Shown: one piece after another, positions 10,161-17,797 of the stretch
Numbering within the stretch: the stretch's first letter is position 1
Layout: each line of letters starts with the position of its first letter
From: Candidatus Goldiibacteriota bacterium
Lineage (GTDB): Bacteria > Oederibacteriota > PGYV01 > DYJU01
Assembly (NCBI GenBank): GCA_938034975.1
Contig: CALHNI010000005.1
Coordinates: forward strand, 60,718-124,717
DNA: 64,000 bases
Direction: 5' to 3'
Notes under the pieces: generated by a model
Told to the model about the DNA's origin: nothing
The model's database searches: none
Seen by the model: only the letters and a program-made list of their open reading frames with translations
Translations under genes and position numbers: made by a program

Positions 10161-11335
10161 AAAAGTTTTATTATTTTTATATTATTTTTTTAATATCTTA
10201 TATAAATTTAAGCGGGGTTGTAATAAAAGAAGAAATTACAGATTATAAGGCGCATCTTGTTGAAACCAAAAAAAAATTAGAAGATATTAGAAAAAAGATT
10301 GCTGAAGAAAGAAATAAAATTGTAAAAGAAAAAGAAAAAGAGAAAACAACAACACAATATCTTCAAAGACTTGAGAAAGAAATAGATATAACCAAAAAAG
10401 AATTATCGGTTTTTGATAATAATATAAAAGTTTTAAATGAGATAATTTTAAATATTGAAAAAGATATAAGCGAAAAAGAAAAATTTATCAAAGAAAAGGA
10501 AAACGATGTTAAAGAAGTTTTAAGAAAGTATTACAAAAATAAAACCAGTGAATATTTTGATTTGTTGTTAAAATCAAAAAGTTTGGATGAGTTTATTATA
10601 CGTTATAAATTTTATAAAATTCTATCTAAAAAAAATATATCCGATATTGAAAGTTATAAAATAACCATTGAAAAATTAAAAGAAGAAAGACAAACGCTGG
10701 TTGATTACAAAAAGGAAATAGAAGAATTAAAAGCAGCAAAATTAAACGAATGGGATAAATATAAAAATCAGAAATGGGAAAAATTTGTTTTATTAAAAAG
10801 TATTAAGAGAAATATAACAAAGAGTCAGCAGGTTGTTGAAGAATTAAAAAGGAATGAAAAAAAGTTAAATCAATTTATGGAAAAATTACAAATATCTGTT
10901 GAACTGGAAGATAAAGAAGCAAAAGAAGCATTTTCGGGATATAAAGGTAAATTCCCCTGGCCTGTTGATTCCAGGAAAATACTTGCGGGTTTTGGATATT
11001 ACAATCACCCTAAATTTAAAAGTAAAGTTTTAAGTAATGGTATACATATAGAAGAAAAATACAATTCGCCTGTTTATTCAATATTTAAAGGTATTGTTAA
11101 ATATGCTGATTGGTTTGAAGGATACGGAAAAATGATAATAATTGATCACGGAGGTGGATATTTTTCCATATATGCCCATCTTTCAGAATTTTATGTTCAG
11201 GAAGGGGACAGAGTTAATATAAAAAGTTTAATAGGAAAAACAGGGGATACGGAATCCTTTTTTGGTAATGAACTTTATTTTGAGTTAAGAGAAAAAACAA
11301 AACCTTTGAATCCATTAAAGTATTTAAGTAGATAA
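10157..11335 (+). CDS. EnvC-like murein hydrolase activator (coiled-coil + M23/LytM peptidase domain)
   Basis: Long Lys/Glu-rich coiled coil and a C-terminal LytM/M23 domain (HIEEKYNSPVYS..G.V.YAD...GYG..IIIDHGGGY.S.Y.HLS). Directly follows ftsEX. Confidence 0.75.
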   Translation: MKKFYYFYIIFLISYINLSGVVIKEEITDYKAHLVETKKKLEDIRKKIAEERNKIVKEKEKEKTTTQYLQRLEKEIDITKKELSVFDNNIKVLNEIILNIEKDISEKEKFIKEKENDVKEVLRKYYKNKTSEYFDLLLKSKSLDEFIIRYKFYKILSKKNISDIESYKITIEKLKEERQTLVDYKKEIEELKAAKLNEWDKYKNQKWEKFVLLKSIKRNITKSQQVVEELKRNEKKLNQFMEKLQISVELEDKEAKEAFSGYKGKFPWPVDSRKILAGFGYYNHPKFKSKVLSNGIHIEEKYNSPVYSIFKGIVKYADWFEGYGKMIIIDHGGGYFSIYAHLSEFYVQEGDRVNIKSLIGKTGDTESFFGNELYFELREKTKPLNPLKYLSR

Positions 11336-11420
11336 AAAAAGAATTTTGAAAAAAATTAGAAAATTATGTTTTCAAAAGAAAAAATATTATCAAAAATATT
11401 ATATGAATAATTTAAGTGTA

Positions 11421-11696
11421 AAACGGGTGAATATAAATAATATATAATAAATAAAAATTTATTAAATAAAAATAATAAAAAAATCCTGAAAAATGTATTA
11501 GCGTTTTTCAGGGGAAAAGAGAAAATATAAAAAAAAGGTTTATAAACAAATAAGAATTTTAAGATTGTCCTTGTTTTTAAAATTAAAAAACAGGTGAATT
11601 AAAGTAATGTACTATAAAAATAAAAAATTATTAAACAAAAAAAACAAAAATATTTTATATTCCCGTAAAAACGCATTTTCTAACGCGTTTTTACGG
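11421..11696 (+). repeat. intergenic composite repeat, copy F1 (D'-A-spacer-D-B), forward orientation
   Basis: Contains palindrome A 11485-11512 (cctgaaaaatgtattagcgtttttcagg), module D 11586-11662 (caggtgaattaaagtaatgtactataaaaataaaaaattattaaac...) and palindrome B 11663-11696 (ccgtaaaaacgcattttctaacgcgtttttacgg). The same modules recur at at least 9 other intergenic sites. Confidence 0.85.
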
Positions 11697-11709
11697 AGAA
11701 TTTAAATAT

Positions 11710-11738
11710 TTGACTTTTGTATTTTTTTATTTTAAAAT
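11710..11738 (+). promoter_or_regulatory. sigma70-type promoter: TTGACT-N17-TAAAAT, 13 nt downstream of palindrome B
   Basis: -35 TTGACT at 11710-11715, 17-nt spacer, -10 TAAAAT at 11733-11738. Gene start is at 11769. Confidence 0.55.
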
Positions 11739-11768
11739 TATAGATATACCAGGATATAAGGACGGAAA

Positions 11769-12206
11769 ATGGGTATTAATAGTATAAAAATAAAATTTAT
11801 TTTTTTAATTTTTATCTTTATTTCCTGTTCAGAAAATAAAAGATTAAAATATGAATTTGAAAATTACTTATACGGTGAATGGAAAGGTGGCGGCGAACAT
11901 GTGTTTTTTTCCAAAAATCATATTAAATATGATTTATATAAAAAAAATTTATGGTCAATAAGTAAATGGCGTATAATTAAAATAAATAAAAAAAGGAATT
12001 TGATCTATATTAATTTTTATGATATAAAACTTACTGAGGATGCAATAAATTTAAGTAAAAAATACGGGTTACCGATAGAAGGTATTTTAAAGCCTGTTAA
12101 CATTATTTATATTTTTGATGAAAAAAAACAAAAAATAAAAATATTCAAGGGTGGAAATTCTCCTGAAAATATTTTGAAAAAAATAAGTGAAAAACAAAAA
12201 CCTTAA
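11769..12206 (+). CDS. hypothetical lipoprotein
   Basis: 145 aa; signal peptide ending in FISC (lipobox-like); Lys-rich. Confidence 0.5.
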   Translation: MGINSIKIKFIFLIFIFISCSENKRLKYEFENYLYGEWKGGGEHVFFSKNHIKYDLYKKNLWSISKWRIIKINKKRNLIYINFYDIKLTEDAINLSKKYGLPIEGILKPVNIIYIFDEKKQKIKIFKGGNSPENILKKISEKQKP

Positions 12207-12223
12207 AAAAGGGAGGTATTAAA

Positions 12224-12640
12224 ATGAATGATTTTGGGATGGCTTTAGCAATTTCATGGAAAATTATTGAATCTTCGCTTTTATCTTTAATTGTCGCTGG
12301 TAGTATTTATTTGTGTATTATTTATTTTTTTGAAAAAAAGGATGAAGAAGGCAGAAAAAATGAAAAGATGCGCATAGAATTTGAAAGAAAAATTGCTAAT
12401 TTTACAAAAAATCTGATTTTGCCGCTTGCATTTTTAATTTTTGTTGGGTTGTATGGTAAAACACCAGTAATAGGGAAGATGATGTTAATATTAACAGCAG
12501 GTTCAATCTCTGCATCTAATCTTGCTGTTTTACTGAAAAAAGTTTTTGGACTTGAAAAAGAAGGAGAAACATTCTGGATACTATTTATCATTTGTTATTG
12601 TTTAATAATGTATATTTTAATAGGGGAAATTATTAAATAG
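12224..12640 (+). CDS. hypothetical membrane protein
   Basis: 138 aa with 3-4 hydrophobic helices. GGGAGG RBS. Confidence 0.45.
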   Translation: MNDFGMALAISWKIIESSLLSLIVAGSIYLCIIYFFEKKDEEGRKNEKMRIEFERKIANFTKNLILPLAFLIFVGLYGKTPVIGKMMLILTAGSISASNLAVLLKKVFGLEKEGETFWILFIICYCLIMYILIGEIIK

Positions 12641-12693
12641 TAAAAAAATATTCCTATAAAAATATAAAGAATAAAAGCAGTAAAAATAAAAAA

Positions 12694-12721
12694 GGCAACC
12701 ATTATTAGGTTGCCTTTTTTT
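12694..12721. terminator. bidirectional Rho-independent terminator (ggcaacc-attatta-ggttgcc flanked by A- and T-runs)
   Basis: 7-bp GC-containing stem 12694-12714 followed by T7 (12715-12721) on + and, after reverse-complementing, a T-run on - as well. Lies between the 3' ends of convergent gene 12224-12640 (+) and tRNA-fMet (-). Confidence 0.6.
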
Positions 12722-12723
12722 AT

Positions 12724-12798
12724 TGGTTGCGGGGGTTGGATTTGAACCAACGACCTCTGGGTTATGAGCCCAACGAGCTACCACTGCTCCACCCCGCG
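12724..12798 (-). tRNA. initiator tRNA-fMet (anticodon CAU), 75 nt with encoded CCA
   Basis: Reverse complement reads CGCGGGGTGGAGCAGTGGTAGCTCGTTGGGCTCATAACCCAGAGGTCGTTGGTTCAAATCCAACCCCCGCAACCA. It has the C1xA72 mismatch, three consecutive G-C pairs in the anticodon stem (GGG/CCC) and a CAU anticodon, all initiator hallmarks. Confidence 0.9.
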
Positions 12799-12869
12799 AT
12801 TTATTTAATTTGCACTCTGCTATTTTTAATAATTAAGAACCATATATAATATTATTATGCTGACCTAAC

Positions 12870-13066
12870 CTGTGGGGGTTGGATTTAGCCGCTACGCCGC
12901 TAGAAAGCGGCTACGCGTCTCCTGCTCGTCCTGCTGACGGCCGCATTATGATTCCTTTGGAAACTGCGGCCTTATCCTTCGGCGCAGGACTCGCCTTCGT
13001 CCTTACGGACTCAGCCAACGACCTCTGGGTTATGAGCCCAACGAACTACCACTGCTCCACCCCGCG
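12870..13066 (-). ncRNA. second tRNA-fMet paralog interrupted by a 128-nt GC-rich insertion (12887-13014) at T-loop positions 54-56. Intron-like element, novel structured RNA or disrupted pseudogene.
   Basis: The 5' 53 nt are identical to the neighbouring tRNA-fMet except one D-stem change (C->U, still pairs as G-U). The 3' part AAAUCCAACCCCCACAGG retains the T-stem 3' strand and acceptor, but with a G70->A change and no encoded CCA. Between them, the 128-nt insert (about 60% GC in a roughly 30% GC genome) replaces exactly UUC (54-56). The same 16-bp 5' flank (aattaaataaat) precedes both copies. Confidence 0.6.
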
Positions 13067-13103
13067 ATTTATTTAATTCTTTTACATCTTTTAATGAACC
13101 ATA

Positions 13104-13192
13104 TGGTGCCGGGAGCCGGAGTTGAACCGGCATGGAGGGTGAGCTCCCGTGGATTTTAAGTCCACTACGTCTACCAATTTCGTCATCCCGGC
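13104..13192 (-). tRNA. tRNA-Leu (anticodon UAA), 89 nt with a long variable arm and encoded CCA
   Basis: Reverse complement reads GCCGGGATGACGAAATTGGTAGACGTAGTGGACTTAAAATCCACGGGAGCTCACCCTCCATGCCGGTTCAACTCCGGCTCCCGGCACCA. Anticodon loop CUUAAAA; type II variable arm. Confidence 0.85.
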
Positions 13193-13209
13193 TATTATTT
13201 TGTTTTAAA

Positions 13210-13237
13210 ATTATAACAAATAAATTTTTTCTGTCAA
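13210..13237 (-). promoter_or_regulatory. sigma70 promoter on the minus strand for the tRNA-Leu/fMet*/fMet operon: TTGACA-N16-TATAAT
   Basis: On the minus strand the sequence reads cattcTTGACAgaaaaaatttatttgtTATAATttt. The -35 is at 13237..13232 and the -10 at 13215..13210. The tRNA-Leu 5' end is at 13192. Palindrome B (13251-13284) lies 13 nt upstream of the -35. Confidence 0.6.
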
Positions 13238-13250
13238 GAATGAATAACTT

Positions 13251-13433
13251 CCGTAAAAAAGCATTAGAAAATGCGTTTTTACGGAAAAAAATATTTTTAT
13301 TTTTATAAGTCATTACTTTTATTTACCCGTTTTTTATTTAAAATAAAACGCAAGAGTTTAATTTCTTTAATAATATTTTTTTTGTATGTTTTTCTCATGG
13401 AAATCGCAATCTTTTAATAATGAGATTTTCAGG
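13251..13433 (-). repeat. intergenic composite repeat, copy R1 (A'-D-B), reverse orientation
   Basis: Palindrome B variant 13251-13284 (ccgtaaaaaagcattagaaaatgcgtttttacgg), reverse module D around 13300-13345 (gtcattacttttatttacccgttttttatttaaaat) and reverse A'-like palindrome 13399-13433 (ggaaatcgcaatcttttaataatgagattttcagg). Confidence 0.8.
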
Positions 13434-13497
13434 AACTTGAAATAAAAAAAATTTTATGTAAATATATTTTAAAAAATAAGATAAAGGAGTAATAAAA

Positions 13498-13917
13498 ATG
13501 GTAAAAACAAAAACAATTTTATTAAATACAGGTGGAAATACGGATATTATAGATATTACTGAAAAAGTAGAAAAGTTTATAAAAGAATCAGAAATAAAAA
13601 GTGGCATAGTAACAGTTTTTGTTCCAGGATCAACTGGTGGTATTACAACTGTTGAGTATGAACCAGGTTTAATTAAAGATTTAAAGGATATTTTTGAAAA
13701 ATTATTTCCATATAGAGCAAACTGGGCACATAATGCAACATGGGGTGATGGTAATGGTGCATCTCATATAAGGGCTTCTTTTATAGGACCTTCAATTACT
13801 ATTCCGTTTGTAGATAGTGAAATGACTCTTGGAACATGGCAGCAAATTGTTTTTATTGATTTTGATACAAGAGCAAGAACTAGAAAATTGATAGTACAAA
13901 TAATAGGAGAAAAATAA
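13498..13917 (+). CDS. YjbQ/UPF0047-family protein (secondary thiamine-phosphate synthase-like)
   Basis: 139 aa with conserved motifs (T.S.TGG.T..E.E.G...D........P.....W.HN...GDGNG.SH..A...G.S...P......LGTWQ.I.F.DFD....R.R). AAGGAG RBS. Confidence 0.7.
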   Translation: MVKTKTILLNTGGNTDIIDITEKVEKFIKESEIKSGIVTVFVPGSTGGITTVEYEPGLIKDLKDIFEKLFPYRANWAHNATWGDGNGASHIRASFIGPSITIPFVDSEMTLGTWQQIVFIDFDTRARTRKLIVQIIGEK

Positions 13918-13923
13918 AATATT

Positions 13924-15804
13924 TTATTTAAAAGAATATTTTTTTAATAATATCAATAAAACATTTATATCAGCAGGAGTTACACCTTCTATTCTTGATG
14001 CATGGCCTATTGTTTTTGGTTTTATTTGAGCTAATTTTTGTTGAGCTTCTTTGGATAGGCCTTTTGCCTTATGATAATCAAACGAGTCAGGAATTTTTAT
14101 TGATTCCATTTTTTTAAATTGTTTAATTTGTTCATTTTGTAATTTAATGTAACCTTCATATTTAACTTCTGCATCAATATAATCAATAAAATGTTGGGGT
14201 AAATTTTTTTTAATTTCTATGAATGCTTCAAGGTCTTTATAAACTATCTCAGGTCTTTTATATATATTAAAAAGAGAAGTTGATTCCTTAATAGGAGTTG
14301 TATTTAATTTTTTTAATTTATCGTTAATTTCCAGAGTTGGCTTAATAATAGTTTTTTTTATTCTTTTGATTTCTTTTTCAAAAAAGTCTTTTTTATAAAG
14401 AAATTTATCATAAAGTTCATCGCTTATTAAACCTAATTTTTTACCTGTTTCCATAAGACGTATATCAGCATTATCATTTCTTAAAATTAATCTAAATTCA
14501 GAACGTGAAGAAAATAATCTATATGGTTCATTGATTTCTTTTGTGGTTAAATCGTCTATCATAACTCCAATATATGCCTGAGTTCTATCAATTATAAGTG
14601 GTTCTTTTTGGTGAATTTTAAGCGCTGCATTAATCCCTGCTATTAGCCCTTGTGCTGCTGCTTCTTCATATCCCGAAGTTCCGTTTATCTGCCCTGCCAA
14701 AAATAATCCTGGAATTGTTTTTGTTTCAAGTGTTTTGTTTATCTGGGAAGGTGGAATAAAATCATATTCTATACCATAACCTGGTTTTAAAATTTTAGCA
14801 TTTTCAAAGCCAGGTATGGTTTTTAAATAAGCATACTGCACATCCAAAGGTAAAGAAGTAGAAAGACCATTTAAATACATTTCATTTGAATCTCTCCACT
14901 CTGGCTCTATAAAAACCTGATGCGATTTTTTTTCCGGAAATTTAACAATTTTATCTTCTATGGAAGGACAATATCTCGGACCTATACCAAAAATTTTTCT
15001 GTGTTCTTTGCTGTATAAAGGCGACCTGTCAAGATTGTCTGCAATTACTTTATGAGTATTTTCATTAGTATTTGTTAAATAGCATACTATTTGGTCAATT
15101 TCTATTTTATCAGTTGAAAAAGAAAAAGGTTTTGGGACTGGATCGCCATACTGTGGTTTAAATTTTGAAAAATCAAGTGAATTTCTATCAACGCGCGGAT
15201 TAGTTCCTGTTTTTAATCTGCCTGTTTTTAAACCGAGTTTTTTTAAAGATTCGGATAATTCACATGATGGAGGGTCATCCAATCTTCCACCAGGAAATGA
15301 ATCAAGTCCAATATGGATTACCCCATTTAAAAAAGTCCCGGTTGTAACTATAACTGCTTTGGCAGAATAATTTTTATTATCCGATGTCTTAATACCTGTA
15401 ACACCGCTATCGTTAACTAAAATTTCATTTACCATTGCTTCAATTAAATCAAGATTTTTTTGTCTTTCAATTACTTTTTTCATATAAAGCGAATATTGTA
15501 TTTTATCTGCCTGGGCGCGTAGTCCCTGGACAGCAGGTCCTTTTTTTGAGTTTAACACTTTAAACTGTATACAGGTTGCATCTGACACTTTGGCCATTTC
15601 ACCACCTAAAGCATCTATTTCTCTTACTAATTGTCCTTTTGCAAGTCCGCCTATAGCAGGATTACAGGACATAGTAGCAATTTTATTTATATTAATTGTA
15701 AAAAGTGCTGTTTTTGCATTCATCCTTGCAGCTGCAAGTGCGGCTTCGCAGCCCGCATGTCCAGCACCTATTACTATGACATCATATTTATTCTCAAAAT
15801 TCAT
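13924..15804 (-). CDS. mnmG: tRNA uridine-5-carboxymethylaminomethyl modification enzyme MnmG (GidA)
   Basis: 626 aa. N-terminal FAD fold [22 protein letters not shown], then [21 protein letters not shown], then the typical C-terminal tail. Confidence 0.9.
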   Translation of the reverse strand: MNFENKYDVIVIGAGHAGCEAALAAARMNAKTALFTININKIATMSCNPAIGGLAKGQLVREIDALGGEMAKVSDATCIQFKVLNSKKGPAVQGLRAQADKIQYSLYMKKVIERQKNLDLIEAMVNEILVNDSGVTGIKTSDNKNYSAKAVIVTTGTFLNGVIHIGLDSFPGGRLDDPPSCELSESLKKLGLKTGRLKTGTNPRVDRNSLDFSKFKPQYGDPVPKPFSFSTDKIEIDQIVCYLTNTNENTHKVIADNLDRSPLYSKEHRKIFGIGPRYCPSIEDKIVKFPEKKSHQVFIEPEWRDSNEMYLNGLSTSLPLDVQYAYLKTIPGFENAKILKPGYGIEYDFIPPSQINKTLETKTIPGLFLAGQINGTSGYEEAAAQGLIAGINAALKIHQKEPLIIDRTQAYIGVMIDDLTTKEINEPYRLFSSRSEFRLILRNDNADIRLMETGKKLGLISDELYDKFLYKKDFFEKEIKRIKKTIIKPTLEINDKLKKLNTTPIKESTSLFNIYKRPEIVYKDLEAFIEIKKNLPQHFIDYIDAEVKYEGYIKLQNEQIKQFKKMESIKIPDSFDYHKAKGLSKEAQQKLAQIKPKTIGHASRIEGVTPADINVLLILLKKYSFK

Positions 15805-15832
15805 CAGGTTAACTCCTAAATAAAAAATATGA

Positions 15833-15982
15833 CCGTAAAAAAAGTATTATTAAGAAAGTTAGTTTTTACAGAAAAAAGATATTTTTATTTATCAAGTTTC
15901 TATTTCTATAATGCATTACTTTTATTTACCTCTTTTTTAATTTATTTTCTGAAATCACAATTTTTTTATTGCGATTTTCAGG
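15833..15982 (-). repeat. intergenic composite repeat, copy R2 (A'-D-degenerate B), reverse orientation, between mnmG and rlmN
   Basis: Degenerate B 15833-15871 (ccgtaaaaaaagtattattaagaaagttagtttttacag), reverse module D 15903-15945 (atgcattacttttatttacctcttttttaattta) and A'-like palindrome 15949-15982 (ctgaaatcacaatttttttattgcgattttcagg). Confidence 0.75.
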
Positions 15983-15984
15983 TA

Positions 15985-15993
15985 TGATATAAT
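15985..15993 (+). promoter_or_regulatory. extended -10 promoter element TGaTATAAT for rlmN
   Basis: TG at 15985-86 and TATAAT at 15988-15993, immediately after the A' palindrome. rlmN starts at 16033. Confidence 0.45.
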
Positions 15994-16032
15994 AAAATTA
16001 TATTATAATTTATAAAAAATAAAAGGAAAAAT

Positions 16033-17040
16033 ATGGAAGATTTAAAAAACTTTAATTTGCCTGAATTAAAAAAAATAATCAAAGAAAAAGGTTTTGAGGA
16101 ATTCAGGGCAAAACAGATATTTGAATGGATTTATAAGAAAAAAGTTTTAAATATTGAAGATATTAAAAATATTCCAAATAAATTAAAAGATGAGTTTATA
16201 AAAAAATATACCTTATCTTCACTTAATATTATAAAAATCCAGGAATCTAAAGATGGAACAAAGAAAATTCTTTTTGGACTTTTAGATGGGAACAAGATAG
16301 AAAGTGTGATAATACCTGATAAAGAAAGAAAAACTTTATGTATATCTTCGCAGGCAGGATGCGGTTGCGCCTGTGCTTTTTGCGCAACAGGTAAACTTGG
16401 ATTTAAAAGAAATTTAAAAGCAGCAGAAATTATAGAAGAATTTTTAAGAGCATCTTTATTAGAAAAAATAGATAATATAGTTTTTATGGGAATGGGAGAG
16501 CCGCTTTTAAACTGGCAGAATGTAAAAAAGGCAATTGAAATTTTTTCTGATAAAGATGGATCAAATTTTTCACAAACGAGAATAACCGTTTCAACTATAG
16601 GAATTGTGCCTGTTATCAAAAAAATTGCAGATGAAAATTTGAGATTTTATCTTGCTGTTTCTTTGGTTGCTGCAAATGATAATTTGCGCTGGAAATTGGT
16701 TCCTTTTAATAAAAAGTATCCTTTAAAAGAAATTATCAATGTTTCCGGGTATTATAATAAAAAAACAAAAAAAGAGATAACTTATGAATATGTTTTATTA
16801 AAAGGTATAAATGATTCTGAGAATGATGCAAAAGAAATCACAAAAATATTAAAAGGAATTAAATGTAAGATAAATTTAATACCTTTTAATGCAAAATTAA
16901 ATTCTGAATTTAAAAGACCTGATGAAAAAAATATTTTAAACTTTCAAAAAATATTAATTGAAAATGGATATAAAACATTCATACGTAAAGAAAAAGGAAC
17001 AGATATTTCTGCTGCCTGCGGGCAACTGGCAGGTGAATAA
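16033..17040 (+). CDS. rlmN: 23S rRNA (adenine2503-C2)/tRNA methyltransferase RlmN (radical SAM)
   Basis: 335 aa. Radical-SAM cysteine cluster SSQAGCGCACAFCATG, then MGMGEPLLN, then a C-terminal CGQLAG motif. Confidence 0.85.
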   Translation: MEDLKNFNLPELKKIIKEKGFEEFRAKQIFEWIYKKKVLNIEDIKNIPNKLKDEFIKKYTLSSLNIIKIQESKDGTKKILFGLLDGNKIESVIIPDKERKTLCISSQAGCGCACAFCATGKLGFKRNLKAAEIIEEFLRASLLEKIDNIVFMGMGEPLLNWQNVKKAIEIFSDKDGSNFSQTRITVSTIGIVPVIKKIADENLRFYLAVSLVAANDNLRWKLVPFNKKYPLKEIINVSGYYNKKTKKEITYEYVLLKGINDSENDAKEITKILKGIKCKINLIPFNAKLNSEFKRPDEKNILNFQKILIENGYKTFIRKEKGTDISAACGQLAGE

Positions 17041-17067
17041 AAATATCAAAAGAAAGAAGGTAATAGT

Positions 17068-17529
17068 ATGAAAATTTATATTTTAAGACATGGAGAGGCA
17101 AAGGATGAGAGCGAAGATATTAAAAGACCATTAAGTGAAAAAGGAGAAACTGATATACATAAAATAGGAAATTTCATGAAAAGGACAGGAATAAAAGTTG
17201 AAAAAATGTATCACAGCACAAAATTAAGAGCAAAACAAACAGCAGAAATTTTAGCACAATATATTGAAATAAAAGATGGGTTAAAAGAGGTAAATTATCT
17301 GGAGCCAAATTCAGATGTAAATATATTTTATAATAAAATTTTTTTAGAGGAGACCGGTGATTTTGTAATAGTTGGGCATTTGCCATATTTATCAATTTTT
17401 GTTGCAAAACTTCTTACAGGAAATGAAAATAAAAAAATTATAGAATTCAAATCCGGTAGTTTGTTATGTGTTGAAAAAAATATATTAAATGAATTTATAA
17501 TAAATTTTTTTATTTCACCTGAAATTTAG
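17068..17529 (+). CDS. sixA: phosphohistidine phosphatase SixA (histidine phosphatase superfamily)
   Basis: Starts MKIYILRHGEA; RHG catalytic motif; 153 aa; GHLP near the C-terminus. Confidence 0.65.
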   Translation: MKIYILRHGEAKDESEDIKRPLSEKGETDIHKIGNFMKRTGIKVEKMYHSTKLRAKQTAEILAQYIEIKDGLKEVNYLEPNSDVNIFYNKIFLEETGDFVIVGHLPYLSIFVAKLLTGNENKKIIEFKSGSLLCVEKNILNEFIINFFISPEI

Positions 17530-17537
17530 ATACAAAT

Positions 17538-17568
17538 CCGTAAAAACTAGTTTTCGGCTGATTTTTTT
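17538..17568 (+). terminator. putative intrinsic terminator after sixA (ccgtaaaac..gttttcgg followed by ctgaTTTTTTT)
   Basis: Imperfect 8-bp stem with a 1-nt bulge, then a 7-T run at 17562-17568. The stem resembles a half-site of palindrome B. Confidence 0.4.
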
Positions 17569-17572
17569 CATC

Positions 17573-17600
17573 TTTACTTTAAATAAAAAAACCTTTATAA
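17573..17600 (+). promoter_or_regulatory. sigma70-like promoter TTTACT-N16-TATAAT for tRNA-Gly
   Basis: -35 at 17573-78 and -10 TATAAT at 17595-17600. The tRNA 5' end is at 17621. Confidence 0.45.
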
Positions 17601-17620
17601 TTATATGAAATTTTAAGAGA

Positions 17621-17694
17621 TGCGGGCGTAATTCAATGGTAGAATACGAGCTTCCCAAGCTTGGTACGTGGGTTCGATTCCCATCGCCCGCTCC
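17621..17694 (+). tRNA. tRNA-Gly (anticodon CCC), 74 nt with encoded CCA
   Basis: Sequence GCGGGCGTAATTCAATGGTAGAATACGAGCTTCCCAAGCTTGGTACGTGGGTTCGATTCCCATCGCCCGCTCCA. Anticodon loop UUCCCAA; acceptor GCGGGCG/CGCCCGC. Confidence 0.85.
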
Positions 17695-17764
17695 AGAATT
17701 ATTTTTAAAACATTAAATTAAGGCAGGAAATTTTTGTGAAATAAAATTCTGATAATAAAAATCG

Positions 17765-17797
17765 GAGCAAAAATGGAGCAAAAATGGAGCAAAAATG
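17765..17797 (+). repeat. perfect tandem repeat, 3 x 11 bp (ggagcaaaaat), overlapping the start codon of the PHP-domain gene
   Basis: cggagcaaaaatggagcaaaaatggagcaaaaatgggcag. Each unit carries GGAG and an ATG. The ATG at 17784 is the in-frame start. Confidence 0.9.

Noticed and set aside
12887-13014. CUGAG...GAAG stretch at the 5' end of the tRNA insert as a possible hammerhead ribozyme core (CUGANGA...GAAA)
   Set aside because: The sequence is CUGAGUCC, not CUGAnGA. Helix II/III geometry and a GUH cleavage site cannot be placed. No recognisable match to hammerhead, twister, pistol, hatchet, HDV-like or group I P7 cores by eye, so the element is left as unclassified.
12879-13076. 65-aa GC-rich + strand ORF (MDLAATPLESGYASPARPADGRIMIPLETAALSF...)
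   Set aside because: It lies antisense to the interrupted tRNA-fMet and owes its length solely to the GC-rich 128-nt insert (no stops in GC-rich sequence). It has no RBS and its composition is unlike every real gene here, so it is an ORF-caller artefact.
13011-13313. 100-aa minus-strand ORF beginning MTYKNKNIFFRKNAFSNAFLRK
   Set aside because: It starts in the repeat cassette (module D/palindrome B) and then reads straight through tRNA-Leu and into the tRNA insert. Only the first ~21 codons are the repeat-derived mini-ORF; the rest overlaps structural RNA genes.
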